Source: Eledone cirrhosa
Taxonomy: Eukaryota
DNA: 64,000 nucleotides
Direction of reading: 5' to 3'
Assembly (NCBI GenBank): GCA_964016885.1
Contig: OZ024762.1
Coordinates: forward strand, 29,264,001 to 29,328,000
This document shows positions 26,901 to 38,600 of this stretch, piece after piece. Below the pieces are notes generated by a model. That model saw only the letters and a program-made list of their open reading frames with translations, ran no database searches and had not been told where the DNA came from. Within the stretch, counting starts at the first letter, position 1; every line of letters begins with the position of its first letter. The position numbers were made by a program, and so were the translations under genes.

Positions 26901-29900
26901 TTGGTAGTAAGGGTAGAGGGTCAGATGTCATGTTAGGGTGGTGGGTTGGCAGTATTGGTAGAGGGTCAGATATCAGGTTAGGGTGGTGGGTTGGCAGTAA
27001 GGGTAGAGGGTCAGATGTCAGGTTAGGGTGGTGGGTTGGCAGTAAGGGTAGAGGGTCAGATGTCATGTTAGGGTGGTGGGTTGGCAGTAAGGGTAGAGTG
27101 TCAGATGTCAGGTTAGGGTGGTGGGTTGGCAGTATTGGTAGAGGGTCAGATGTCAGGTTAGGGTGGTTGGTTGGCAGTATTGGTAGAGGGTCAGATGTCA
27201 GGTTAGGGTGGTGGGTTGGCAGTATTGGTAGAGGGTCAGATGTAATGTTAGGGTGGTGGGTTGGCAGTATTGGTAGAGGGTCAGATGTCAGGTTAGGGTG
27301 GTGGGTTGGCAGTAAGGGTAGAGGGTGAGACACCATGTTAGGGTGGTGGGTTGGCAGTAAGGTTAGAGGGTCAGACACCATGTTAGGGTGGTGGGTTGGC
27401 AGTATTGGTAGAGGGTCAGATGTCAGGTTAGGGTGGTGGGTTGGCAATAAGGGTAGAGGGTCAGATGTCAGGTTAGGGTGGTGGGTTGGCAGTATTGGTA
27501 GAGGGTCATATGTCAGGTTAGGGTGGTGGGTTGGCAGTAAGGGTAGAGGGTCAGACACCATGTTAGGGTGGTGGGTTGGCAGTAAGGGTAGAGGGTCAGA
27601 TGTCAGGTTAGGGTGGTGGGTTGGCAGTAAGGGTAGAGGGTCAGATGTCAGGTTAGGGTGGTGGGTTGGCAGTATGGGTAGAGGGTCAGATGTCAGGTTA
27701 GGGTGGTGGGTTGGCAGTATTGGTAAAGGGTCAGATGTCAGGTTAGGGTGGTGGGTTAGCAGTAAGGGTAGAGGGTCAGATGTCATGTTAGGGTGGTGGG
27801 TTGGCAGTATTGGTAGAGGGTCAGATGTCAGGTTAGGGTGGTGGGTTGGCAGTAAGGGTAGAGGGTCAGATGTCAGGTTACGGTGGTGGGTTGGCAGTAT
27901 TGGTAGAGGGTCAGATGTCAGGTTAGGGTGGTGGGTTGGCAGTAAGGGTAGAGGGTCAGATGTCAGGTTAGGGTGGTGGGTTGGCAGTATTGGTAGAGGG
28001 TAGGATGTCATGTTAGGGTGGTGGGTTGGCAGTATTGGTAGAGGGTCAGATGTCAGGTTAGGGTGGTGGGTTGGCAGTAAGGGTAGAGGGTCAGATGTCA
28101 GGTTAGGGTGGTGGGTTGGCAGTAAGGGTAGAGGGTCAGATGTCAGGTTAGTGTGGTGGGTTGGCAGTATTGGTAGAGGGTCAGATGTCAGGTTAGGGTG
28201 GTGGATTGGCAGTAAGGGTAGAGGGTCAGATGTCAGGTTAGGGTGGTGGGTTGGCAGTAAGGGTAGAGGGTCAGACACCATGTTAGGGTGGTGGGTTGGC
28301 AGTAAGGGTAGAGGGTCAGATGTCAGGTTAGGGTGGTGGATTGGCAGTAAGGGTAGAGGGTCAGATGTCAGGTTAGGGTGGTGGGTTGGCAGTATTGGTA
28401 GAGGGTCAGATGTCAGGTTAGGGTGGTGGATTGGCAGTAAGGATAGAGGGTCAGATGTCAGGTTAGGGTGGTGGGTTGGCAGTAAGGGTAGAGGGTCAGA
28501 TGTCAGGTTAGGGTGGTGGGTTGGCAGTAAGGGTAGAGGGTCAGATGTCAGGTTAGGGTGGTGGGTTGGCAGTAATGGTAGAGGGTCAGATATCAGGTTA
28601 GGGTGGTGGGTTGGTAGTATTGGTTTAAGGGTCAGATGTCAGGTTAGGGTGGTGGGTTGGCAGTAAGGGTAGAGGGTCAGATGTCATGTTAGGGTGGTGG
28701 GTTGGCATTATTGGTAGAGGGTCAGATGTCAGGTTAGGGTGGTGGGTTGGCAGTAAGGGTAGAGGGTCAGATGTCAGGTTAGGGTGGTGGGTTGGCAGTA
28801 TTGGTAGAGGGTCAGATGTCAGGTTAGGGTGGTGGGTTGGCAGTAAGGGTAGAGGGTCAGATGTCAGGTTAGGGTGGTGGGTTGGCAGTATTGTTAGAGG
28901 GTCAGATGTCATGTTAGGGTGGTGGGTTGGCAGTATTGGTAGAGGGTCAGATGTCAGGTTAGGGTGGTGGGTTGGCAGTATTGGTAGAGGGTCAGATGTC
29001 AGGTTAGGGTGGTGGGTTGGCAGTATTGGTAGAGGGTCAGATGTCAGGTTAGGGTGGTGGGTTGGCAGTATTGGTAGAGGTTCAGATGTCAGGTTAGGGT
29101 GGTGGGTTGGCAGTAAGGGTAGAGGGTCAGATGTCATGTTAGGGTGGTGGGTTGGCAGTATTGCTAGAGGGTCAGATGTCATGTTAGGGTGGTGGGTTGG
29201 CAGTATTGGTAGAGGGTCAGATGTCAGGTTAGGGTGGTGGGTTGGCAGTAAGGGTAGAGGGTCAGATGTCATTTTAGTGTGGTGGGTTGGCAGTATTGGT
29301 AGAGGGTCAGATGTCATGTTAGGGTGGTGGGTTGGCAGTATTGGTAGAGGGTCAGATGTCAGGTTAGGGTGGTGGGTTGGCAGTAAGGGTAGAGGGTCAG
29401 ATGTCATGTTAGGGTGGTGGGTTGGCAGTATTGGTAGAGGGTCAGATGTCATGTTAGGGTGGTGGGTTGGCAGTATTGGTAGAGGGTCAGATGTTAGGTT
29501 AGGGTGGTGGGTTGGCAGTATTGGTAGAGGGTCAGATGTCAGGTTAGGGTGGTGGGTTGGCAGTAAGGGTAGAGGGTCAGATGTCATGTTAGGGTGGTGG
29601 GTTGGCAGTAAGTGTAGAGGGTCAGATGTCAAGTTAGGGTGGTGGGTTGGCAGTATTGGTAGAGGGTCAGGTTAGGGTGGTGGGTTGGCGGTAAGGGTAG
29701 AGGGTCAGATGTCAGGTTAGGGTGGTGGGTTGGCAGTATTGGTAGAGGTTCAGGTTAGGGTCGTGGGTTGGCGGTAAGGGTAGAGGGTCAGATGTCAGGT
29801 TAGGGTGGTGGGTTGGCAGTATTGATAGAGGGTCAGGTTAGGGTGGTGAGTTGGCAGTAAGGGTAGAGGGTCAGATGTCAGGTTAGGGTGGTGGGTTGGC

Positions 29901-32900
29901 AGTAAGGGTAGAGGGTCAGATGTCAGGTTAGGGTGGTGGGTTAGCAGTAAGGGTAGAGGGTCAGATGTCAGGTTAGGGTGGTGGGTTGGCAGTATTGGTA
30001 GAGGGTCAGATTGCAGGTTAGGGTGGTGGGTTGGCAGTAAGGGTAGATGGTCAGATGTCGGGTTAGGGTGGTGGATTGGCAGTAAGGGTAGAGGCTCAGA
30101 TGTCAGGTTAGGGTGGTGGGTTGGCAGTATTGGTAGAGGGTCAGATGTCAGGTTAGGGTGGTGGATTGGCAGTAAGGGTAGAGGGTCAGATGTCAGGTTA
30201 GTGTGGTGGGTTGGCAGTATTGGTAGAGGGTCAGATGTCAGGTTAGGGTGGTGGATTGGCAGTAAGGGTAGAGGGTCAGATGTCAGGTTAGGGTGGTGGG
30301 TTGGCAGTAAGGGTAGAGGGTCAGACACCATGTTAGGGTGGTGGGTTGGCAGTAAGGGTAGAGGGTCAGATGTCAGGTTAGGGTGGTGGATTGGCAGTAA
30401 GGGTAGAGGGTCAGATGTCAGGTTAGGGTGGTGGGTTGGCAGTATTGGTAGAGGGTCAGATGTCATGTTAGGGTGGTGGATTGGCAGTAAGGGTAGAGGG
30501 TCAGATGTCAGGTTAGGGTGGTGGGTTGGCAGTATTGGTAGAGGGTCAGATGTCAGGTTAGGGTGGTGGGTTGGCAGTATTGGTAGAGGGTCAGATGTCA
30601 TGTTAGGGTGGTGGGTTGTTAGTAAGGGTAGAGGGTCAGATGTCAGGTTAGGGTGGTGGATGGCAGTAAGGCTAGAGGGTCAGATGCCATGTTAGGGTGG
30701 TAGATTTGCAGTATTGGTAGAGGGTCAGATATCATGTTAGGGTGGTGGGTTGGCAGTAAGGGTAGAGGGTCAGACACCATGTTAGGGTGGTGGGTTGGCA
30801 GTATTGGTAGAGGGTCAGATGTCAGGTTACGGTGGTGGGTTGTCAGTATTGGTAGAGGGTCAGATGTCAGGTTAGGGTGGTGGGTTGGCAGTATTGGTAG
30901 AGGGTCAGATGTCATGTTAGGGTGGTGGATTGGCAGTAAGGGTAGAGGGTCAGATGTCATGTTAGGGTGGTAGATTTGCAGTATTGGTAGAGGGTCAGAT
31001 GTCATGTTAGGGTGGTGGGTTGTTAGTAAGGGTAGAGGGTCAGATGTCAGGTTAGGGTGGTGGATGGCAGTAAGGCTAGAGGGTCAGATGCCATGTTAGG
31101 GTGGTAGATTTGCAGTATTGGTAGAGGGTCAGATATCATGTTAGGGTGGTGGGTTGGCAGTAAGGGTAGAGGGTCAGACACCATGTTAGGGTGGTGGGTT
31201 GGCAGTATTGGTAGAGGGTCAGATGTCAGGTTACGGTGGTGGGTTGTCAGTATTGGTAGAGGGTCAGATGTCAGGTTAGGGTGGTGGGTTGGCAGTATTG
31301 GTAGAGGGTCAGATGTCATGTTAGAGTGGTGGGTTGGCATTATTGGTAGAGGGTCAGATGTCAGGTTAGGGTGGTTGGTTGGCAGTATTGGTAGAGGGTC
31401 ACATGTCATGTTAGGGTGGTGGGTTGGCAGTATTGGTAGAGGGTCAGACGTCAGGTTAGGGTGGTGGGTTGGCAGTATTGGTAGAGGGTCAGATGTCAGG
31501 TTAGGGTGGTGGGTTGGCAGTATTGGTAGAGGGTCAGATGTCATGTTAGTGTGGTAGATTGGTAGTAAGGGTAGAGGGTCAGATGTCATGTTAGGGTGGT
31601 GGGTTGGCAGTATTGGTAGAGGGTCAGATGTCAGGTTAGGGTGGTTGGTTGGCAGTATTGGTAGAGGGTCAGATGTCAGGTTAGGGTGGTGGGTTGGCAG
31701 TAAGGGTAGAGGGTCAGATGTCAGGTTAGGGTGGTGGGTTGGCAGTAAGGGTAGAGGGTCAGATGTCATGTTAGGGTGGTGGGTTGGCAGTAAGGGTAGA
31801 GGGTCAGATGTCAGGTTAGGGTGGTGGGTTGGCAGTATTGGTAGAGGGTCAGATGTCAGGTTAGGGTGGTTGGTTGGCAGTATTGGTAGAGGGTCAGATG
31901 TCAGGTTAGGGTGGTGGGTTGGCAGTATTGGTAGAGGGTCAGATGTAATGTTAGGGTGGTGGGTTGGCAGTATTGGTAGAGGGTCAGATGTCAGGTTAGG
32001 GTGGTGGGTTGGCAGTAAGGGTAGAGGGTGAGACACCATGTTAGGGTGGTGGGTTGGCAGTAAGGTTAGAGGGTCAGACACCATGTTAGGGTGGTGGGTT
32101 GGCAGTATTGGTAGAGGGTCAGATGTCAGGTTAGGGTGGTGGGTTGGCAATAAGGGTAGAGGGTCAGATGTCAGGTTAGGGTGGTGGGTTGGCAGTATTG
32201 GTAGAGGGTCATATGTCAGGTTAGGGTGGTGGGTTGGCAGTAAGGGTAGAGGGTCAGACACCATGTTAGGGTGGTGGGTTGGCAGTAAGGGTAGAGGGTC
32301 AGATGTCAGGTTAGGGTGGTGGGTTGGCAGTAAGGGTAGAGGGTCAGATGTCAGGTTAGGGTGGTGGGTTGGCAGTATGGGTAGAGGGTCAGATGTCAGG
32401 TTAGGGTGGTGGGTTGGCAGTATTGGTAAAGGGTCAGATGTCAGGTTAGGGTGGTGGGTTGGCAGTAAGGGTAGAGGGTCAGATGTCATGTTAGGGTGGT
32501 GGGTTGGCAGTATTGGTAGAGGGTCAGATGTCAGGTTAGGGTGGTGGGTTGGCAGTAAGGGTAGAGGGTCAGATGTCAGGTTAGGGTGGTGGGTTGGCAG
32601 TATTGGTAGAGGGTCAGATGTCAGGTTAGGGTGGTGGGTTGGCAGTAAGGGTAGAGGGTCAGATGTCAGGTTAGGGTGGTGGGTTGGCAGTATTGGTAGA
32701 GGGTAGGATGTCATGTTAGGGTGGTGGGTTGGCAGTATTGGTAGAGGGTCAGATGTCAGGTTAGGGTGGTGGGTTGGCAGTAAGGGTAGAGGGTCAGATG
32801 TCAGGTTAGGGTGGTGGGTTGGCAGTAAGGGTAGAGGGTCAGATGTCAGGTTAGTGTGGTGGGTTGGCAGTATTGGTAGAGGGTCAGATGTCAGGTTAGG

Positions 32901-33200
32901 GTGGTGGATTGGCAGTAAGGGTAGAGGGTCAGATGTCAGGTTAGGGTGGTGGGTTGGCAGTAAGGGTAGAGGGTCAGACACCATGTTAGGGTGGTGGGTT
33001 GGCAGTAAGGGTAGAGGGTCAGATGTCAGGTTAGGGTGGTGGATTGGCAGTAAGGGTAGAGGGTCAGATGTCAGGTTAGGGTGGTGGGTTGGCAGTATTG
33101 GTAGAGGGTCAGATGTCAGGTTAGGGTGGTGGATTGGCAGTAAGGATAGAGGGTCAGATGTCAGGTTAGGGTGGTGGGTTGGCAGTAAGGGTAGAGGGTC
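23950..33200. repeat. Higher-order duplications in satellite B with offsets ~4479 and 4703 bp
   Basis: The triple 7-bp-deletion cluster at 25190-25356 recurs at 29669-29835 (offset 4479). The 222-aa ORFs at 27335 and 32038 are offset 4703 = 105x45 - 22, which matches the indels lying between them. Confidence 0.85.
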
Positions 33201-35699
33201 AGACACCATGTTAGGGTGGTGGGTTGGCAGTAAGGGTAGAGGGTCAGATGTCAGGTTAGGGTGGTGGATTGGCAGTAAGGGTAGAGGGTCAGATGTCAGG
33301 TTAGGGTGGTGGGTTGGCAGTATTGGTAGAGGGTCAGATGTCATGTTAGGGTGGTGGATTGGCAGTAAGGGTAGAGGGTCAGATGTCAGGTTAGGGTGGT
33401 GGGTTGGCAGTATTGGTAGAGGGTCAGATGTCAGGTTAGGGTGGTGGGTTGGCAGTATTGGTAGAGGGTCAGATGTCAGGTTAGGGTGGTGGGTTGGCAG
33501 TATTGGTAGAGGGTCAGATGTCAGGTTAGGGTGGTAGATTGGTAGTAAGGGTAGAGGGTCAGATGTCATGTTAGGGTGGTAGATTTGCAGTATTGGTAGA
33601 GGGTCAGATGTCATGTTAGGGTGGTGGGTTGTTAGTAAGGGTAGAGGGTCAGATGTCAGGTTAGGGTGGTGGGTTGGCAGTAAGGCTAGAGGGTCAGATG
33701 CCATGTTAGGGTGGTAGATTTGCAGTATTGGTAGAGGGTCAGATATCATGTTAGGGTGGTGGGTTGGCAGTAAGGGTAGAGGGTCAGACACCATGTTAGG
33801 GTGGTGGGTTGGCAGTATTGGTAGAGGGTCAGATGTCAGGTTACGGTGGTGGGTTGTCAGTATTGGTAGAGGGTCAGATGTCAGGTTAGGGTGGTGGGTT
33901 GGCAGTATTGGTAGAGGGTCAGATGTCATGTTAGGGTGGTGGATTGGCAGTAAGGGTAGAGGGTCAGATGTCATGTTAGGGTGGTGGGTTGGCATTATTG
34001 GTAGAGGGTCAGATGTCAGGTTAGGGTGGTTGGTTGGCAGTATTGGTAGAGGGTCACATGTCATGTTAGGGTGGTGGGTTGGCAGTATTGGTAGAGGGTC
34101 AGACGTCAGGTTAGGGTGGTGGGTTGGCAGTATTGGTAGAGGGTCAGATGTCAGGTTAGGGTGGTGGGTTGGCAGTATTGGTAGAGGGTCAGATGTCATG
34201 TTAGTGTGGTAGATTGGTAGTAAGGGTAGAGGGTCAGATGTCATGTTAGGGTGGTGGGTTGGCAGTATTGGTAGAGGGTCAGATATCAGGTTAGGGTGGT
34301 GGGTTGGCAGTAAGGGTAGAGGGTCAGATGTCAGGTTAGGGTGGTGGGTTGGCAGTAAGGGTAGAGGGTCAGATGTCATGTTAGGGTGGTGGGTTGGCAG
34401 TAAGGGTAGAGGGTCAGATGTCAGGTTAGGGTGGTGGGTTGGCAGTATTGGTAGAGGGTCAGATGTCAGGTTAGGGTGGTGGGTTGGCAGTATTGGTAGA
34501 GGGTCAGATGTCAGGTTAGGGTGGTGGGTTGGCAGTATTGGTAGAGGGTCAGATGTCATGTTAGGGTGGTGGGTTGGCAGTATTGGTAGAGGGTCAGATG
34601 TCATGTTAGGGTGGTGGGTTGTTAGTAAGGGTAGAGGGTCAGATGTCAGGTTAGGGTGGTGGGTTGGCAGTAAGGCTAGAGGGTCAGATGCCATGTTAGG
34701 GTGGTAGATTTGCAGTATTGGTAGAGGGTCAGATATCATGTTAGGGTGGTGGGTTGGCAGTAAGGGTAGAGGGTCAGACACCATGTTAGGGTGGTGGGTT
34801 GGGAGTATTGGTAGAGGGTCAGATGTCAGGTTACGGTGGTGGGTTGTCAGTATTGGTAGAGGGTCAGATGTCAGGTTAGGGTGGTGGGTTGGCAGTATTG
34901 GTAGAGGGTCAGATGTCATGTTAGGGTGGTGGATTGGCAGTAAGGGTAGAGGGTCAGATGTCATGTTAGGGTGGTGGGTTGGCATTATTGGTAGAGGGTC
35001 AGATGTCAGGTTAGGGTGGTTGGTTGGCAGTATTGGTAGAGGGTCACATGTCATGTTAGGGTGGTGGGTTGGCAGTATTGTTAGAGGGTCAGACGTCAGG
35101 TTAGGGTGGTGGGTTGGCAGTATTGGTAGAGGGTCAGATGTCAGGTTAGCGTGGTGGGTTGGCAGTATTGGTAGAGGGTCAGATGTCATGTTAGTGTGGT
35201 AGATTGGTAGTAAGGGTAGAGGGTCAGATGTCATGTTAGGGTGGTGGGTTGGCAGTATTGGTAGAGGGTCAGATATCAGGTTAGGGTGGTGGGTTGGCAG
35301 TAAGGGTAGAGGGTCAGATGTCAGGTTAGGGTGGTGGGTTGGCAGTAAGGGTAGAGGGTCAGATGTCATGTTAAGGTGGTGGGTTGGCAGTAAGGGTAGA
35401 GGGTCAGATGTCAGGTTAGGGTGGTGGGTTGGCAGTATTGGTAGAGGGTCAGATGTCAGGTTAGGGTGGTGGGTTGGCAGTATTGGTAGAGGGTCAGATG
35501 TCATGTTAGGGTGGTGGGTTGGCGGTATTGGTAGAGGGTCAGATGTCATGTTAGGGTGGTGGGTTGGCAGTAAGGGTAGAGGGTGAGACACCATGTTAGG
35601 GTGGTGGGTTGGCAGTAAGGTTAGAGGGTCAGACACCATGTTAGGGTGGTGGGTTGGCAGTATTGGTAGAGGGTCAGATGTCAGGTTAGGGTGGTGGGT

Positions 35700-38600
35700 T
35701 GGCAGTAAGGGTAGAGGGTCAGATGTCAGGTTAGGGTGGTGGGTTGGCAGTAAGGGTAGAGGGTCAGATGTCAGGTTAGGGTGGTGGGTTGGCAGTAAGG
35801 GTAGAGGGTCAGATGTCAGGTTAGGGTGGTGGGTTGGCAGTATTGGTAAAGGGTCAGATGTCAGGTTAGGGTGGTGGGTTGGCAGTAAGGGTAGAGGGTC
35901 AGATGTCATGTTAGGGTGGTGGGTTGGCAGTATTGGTAGAGGGTCAGATGTCAGGTTAGGGTGGTGGGTTGGCAGTAAGGGTAGAGGGTCAGATGTCAGG
36001 TTAGGGTGGTGGGTTGCCAGTATTGGTAGAGGGTCAGATGTCAGGCTAGGGTGGTGGGTTGGCTGTATTGGTAGAGGGTCAGATGTCAGGTTAGGGTGGT
36101 GGGTTGGCAGTATTGGTAGAGGGTCAGATGTCAGGTTAGGGTGGTGGGTTGGCAGTAAGGGTAGAGGGTCAGATGTCATGTTAGGTTGGTGGGTTGGCAG
36201 TATTGGTAGAGGGTCAGATGTCAGGTTAGGGTGGTAGATTGGTAGTAAGGGTAGAGGGTCAGATGTCATGTTAGGGTGGTAGATTTGCAGTATTGGTAGA
36301 GGGTCAGATGTCATGTTAGGGTGGTGGGTTGTTAGTAAGGGTAGAGGGTCAGATGTCAGGTTAGGGTGGTGGGTTGGCAGTAAGGGTAGAGGGTCAGATG
36401 CCATGTTAGGGTGGTAGATTTGCAGTATTGGTAGAGGGTCAGATGTCATGTTAGGGTGGTGGGTTGGCAGTAAGGGTAGAGGGTCAGACACCATGTTAGG
36501 GTGGTTGGTTGGCAGTATTGGTAGAGGGTCAGATGTCAGGTTAGGGTGGTGGGTTGGCAGTATTGGTAGAGGGTCAGATGTCAGGTTAGGGTGGTGGGTT
36601 GGCAGTATTGGTAGAGGGTCAGATGTCATGTTACGGTGGTGGATTGGCAGTAAGGGTAGAGGGTCAGATGTCATGTTAGGGTGGTGGGTTGGCAGTATTG
36701 GTAAAGGGTCAGATGTCAGGTTAGGGTGGTGGGTTGGCAGTATTGGTAGAGGGTCAGATGTCATGTTAGGGTGGTGGGTTGGCAGTATTGGTAGAGGGTC
36801 AGACGTCACGTTAGGGTGGTGGGTTGGCAGTATTGGTAGAGGGTCAGATGTCAGGTTAGGGTGGTGGGTTGGCAGTATTGGTAGAGGGTCAGATGTCATG
36901 TTAGGGTGGTAGATTGGTAGTAAGGGTAGAGGGTCAGATGTCATGTTAGGGTGGTGGGTTGGCAGTATTGGTAGAGGGTCAGATGTCAGGTTAGGGTGGT
37001 AGATTGGCAGTATTGGTAGAGGGATGGATGTCAGGTTAGGGTGGTGGTTTGGCAGTAAGGGTAGAGGGTCAGATGTCAGGTTAGGGTGGTGGGTTGGCAG
37101 TAAGGGTAGAGGGTCAGATGTCATGTTAGGGTGGTGGGTTTGCAGTATTGGTAGAGGGTCAGATGTCAGGTTAGGGTGGTGGGTTGGCAGTATTGGTAGA
37201 GGGTCACATGTCAGGTTAGGGTGGTGGTTTGGCAGTATTGGTAGAGGGTCAGATGTCATGTTAGGGTGGTGGTTTGGCAGTATTGGTAGAGGGTCAGATG
37301 TCATGTTAGGGTGGTGGTTTGGCAGTAAGGGTAGAGGGTCAGATGTCATGTTAGGGTGGTGGGTTGGCAGTAAGGGTAGAGGGTCAGATGTCATGTTAGG
37401 GTGGTGGGTTGGCAGTATTGGTAGAGGGTCAGACGCCATGTTAGGGTGGTGGGTTGGCAGTATTGGTAGAGGGTCAGATGTCATGTTAGGGTGGTGGGTT
37501 GGCAGTATTGGTAGAGGGTCAGATGTCAGGTTAGGGTGGTGGGTTGGCAGTAAGGGTAGAGGGTCAGATGTCGGGTTAGGGTGGTGGGTTGCCAGTATTG
37601 GTAGAGGGTCAGATGTCAGGTTAGGGTGGTGGGTTGGCAGTATTGGTAGAGGGTCAGATGTCAGGTTAGGGTGGTGGGTTGGCAGTATTGGTAGAGGGTC
37701 AGATGTCAGGTTAGGGTGGTGGGGTGGCAGTAAGGGTAGAGGGTCAGATGTCAGGTTAGGGTGGTGGGTTGGCAGTATTGGTAGAGGGTCAGATGTCATG
37801 TTAGTGTGGTGGGTTGGCAGTATTGGTAGAGGGTCAGATATCATGTTAGGGTGGTGGGTTGGCAGTATTGGTAGAGGATCAGATGTCATGTTAGGGTGGT
37901 GGGTTGGCAGTATTGGTAGAGGGTCAGATGTCAGGTTAGGGTGGTGGGTTGGCAGTAAGGGTAGAGGGTCAGATGTCAGCTTAGGGTGGTGGGTTGGCAG
38001 TATTGGTAGAGGGTCAGATGTCAGGTTAGGGTGGTGGGTTGGCAGTAAGGGTAGAGGGTCAGATGTCAGGTTAGGGTGGTGGGTTGGCAGTAAGGGTAGA
38101 GGGTCAGATGTCAGGTTATGGTGGTGGTTTGGCAGTATTGGTAGAGGGCCAGATGTCAGGTTAGGGTGGTGGGTTGGCAGTATTGGTAGAGGGTCAGATG
38201 TCAGGTTAGGGTGGTGGGTTGGCAGTATTGGTAGAGGGTCCGATGTCAGGTTAGGGTGGTGGGTTGGCAGTAAGGGTAGAGTGTCAGACACCATGTTAGG
38301 GTGGTGGGTTGGCAGTAAGGGTAGAGGGTCAGACACCATGTTAGGGTGATGGGTTGGCATTAAGGGTAGAGGGTCAGATGCCATGTTAGGGTGGTGGGTT
38401 GGCAGTAAGGGTAGAGGGTCAGATGCCATGTTATGGTGGTGGGTTGGCAGTAAGGGTAGAGGGTCAGATGTCATGTTAGGGTGGTGGTTTGGCAGTAAGG
38501 GTAGAGGGTCAGATGTCAGGTTAGGGTGGTGGGTTGTCAGTAAGGGTAGAGGGTCAGATGTCAGGTTAGGGTGTTGGGTTGGCAGTAAGGGTAGAGGGTC

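Noticed and set aside
16060-28630. Singleton 1-bp indels at ~16068 and ~28625
   Set aside because: Paralogous positions (e.g. ~19485 and ~23445 for the first) lack them, so they may be sequencing or consensus errors. Not interpreted.
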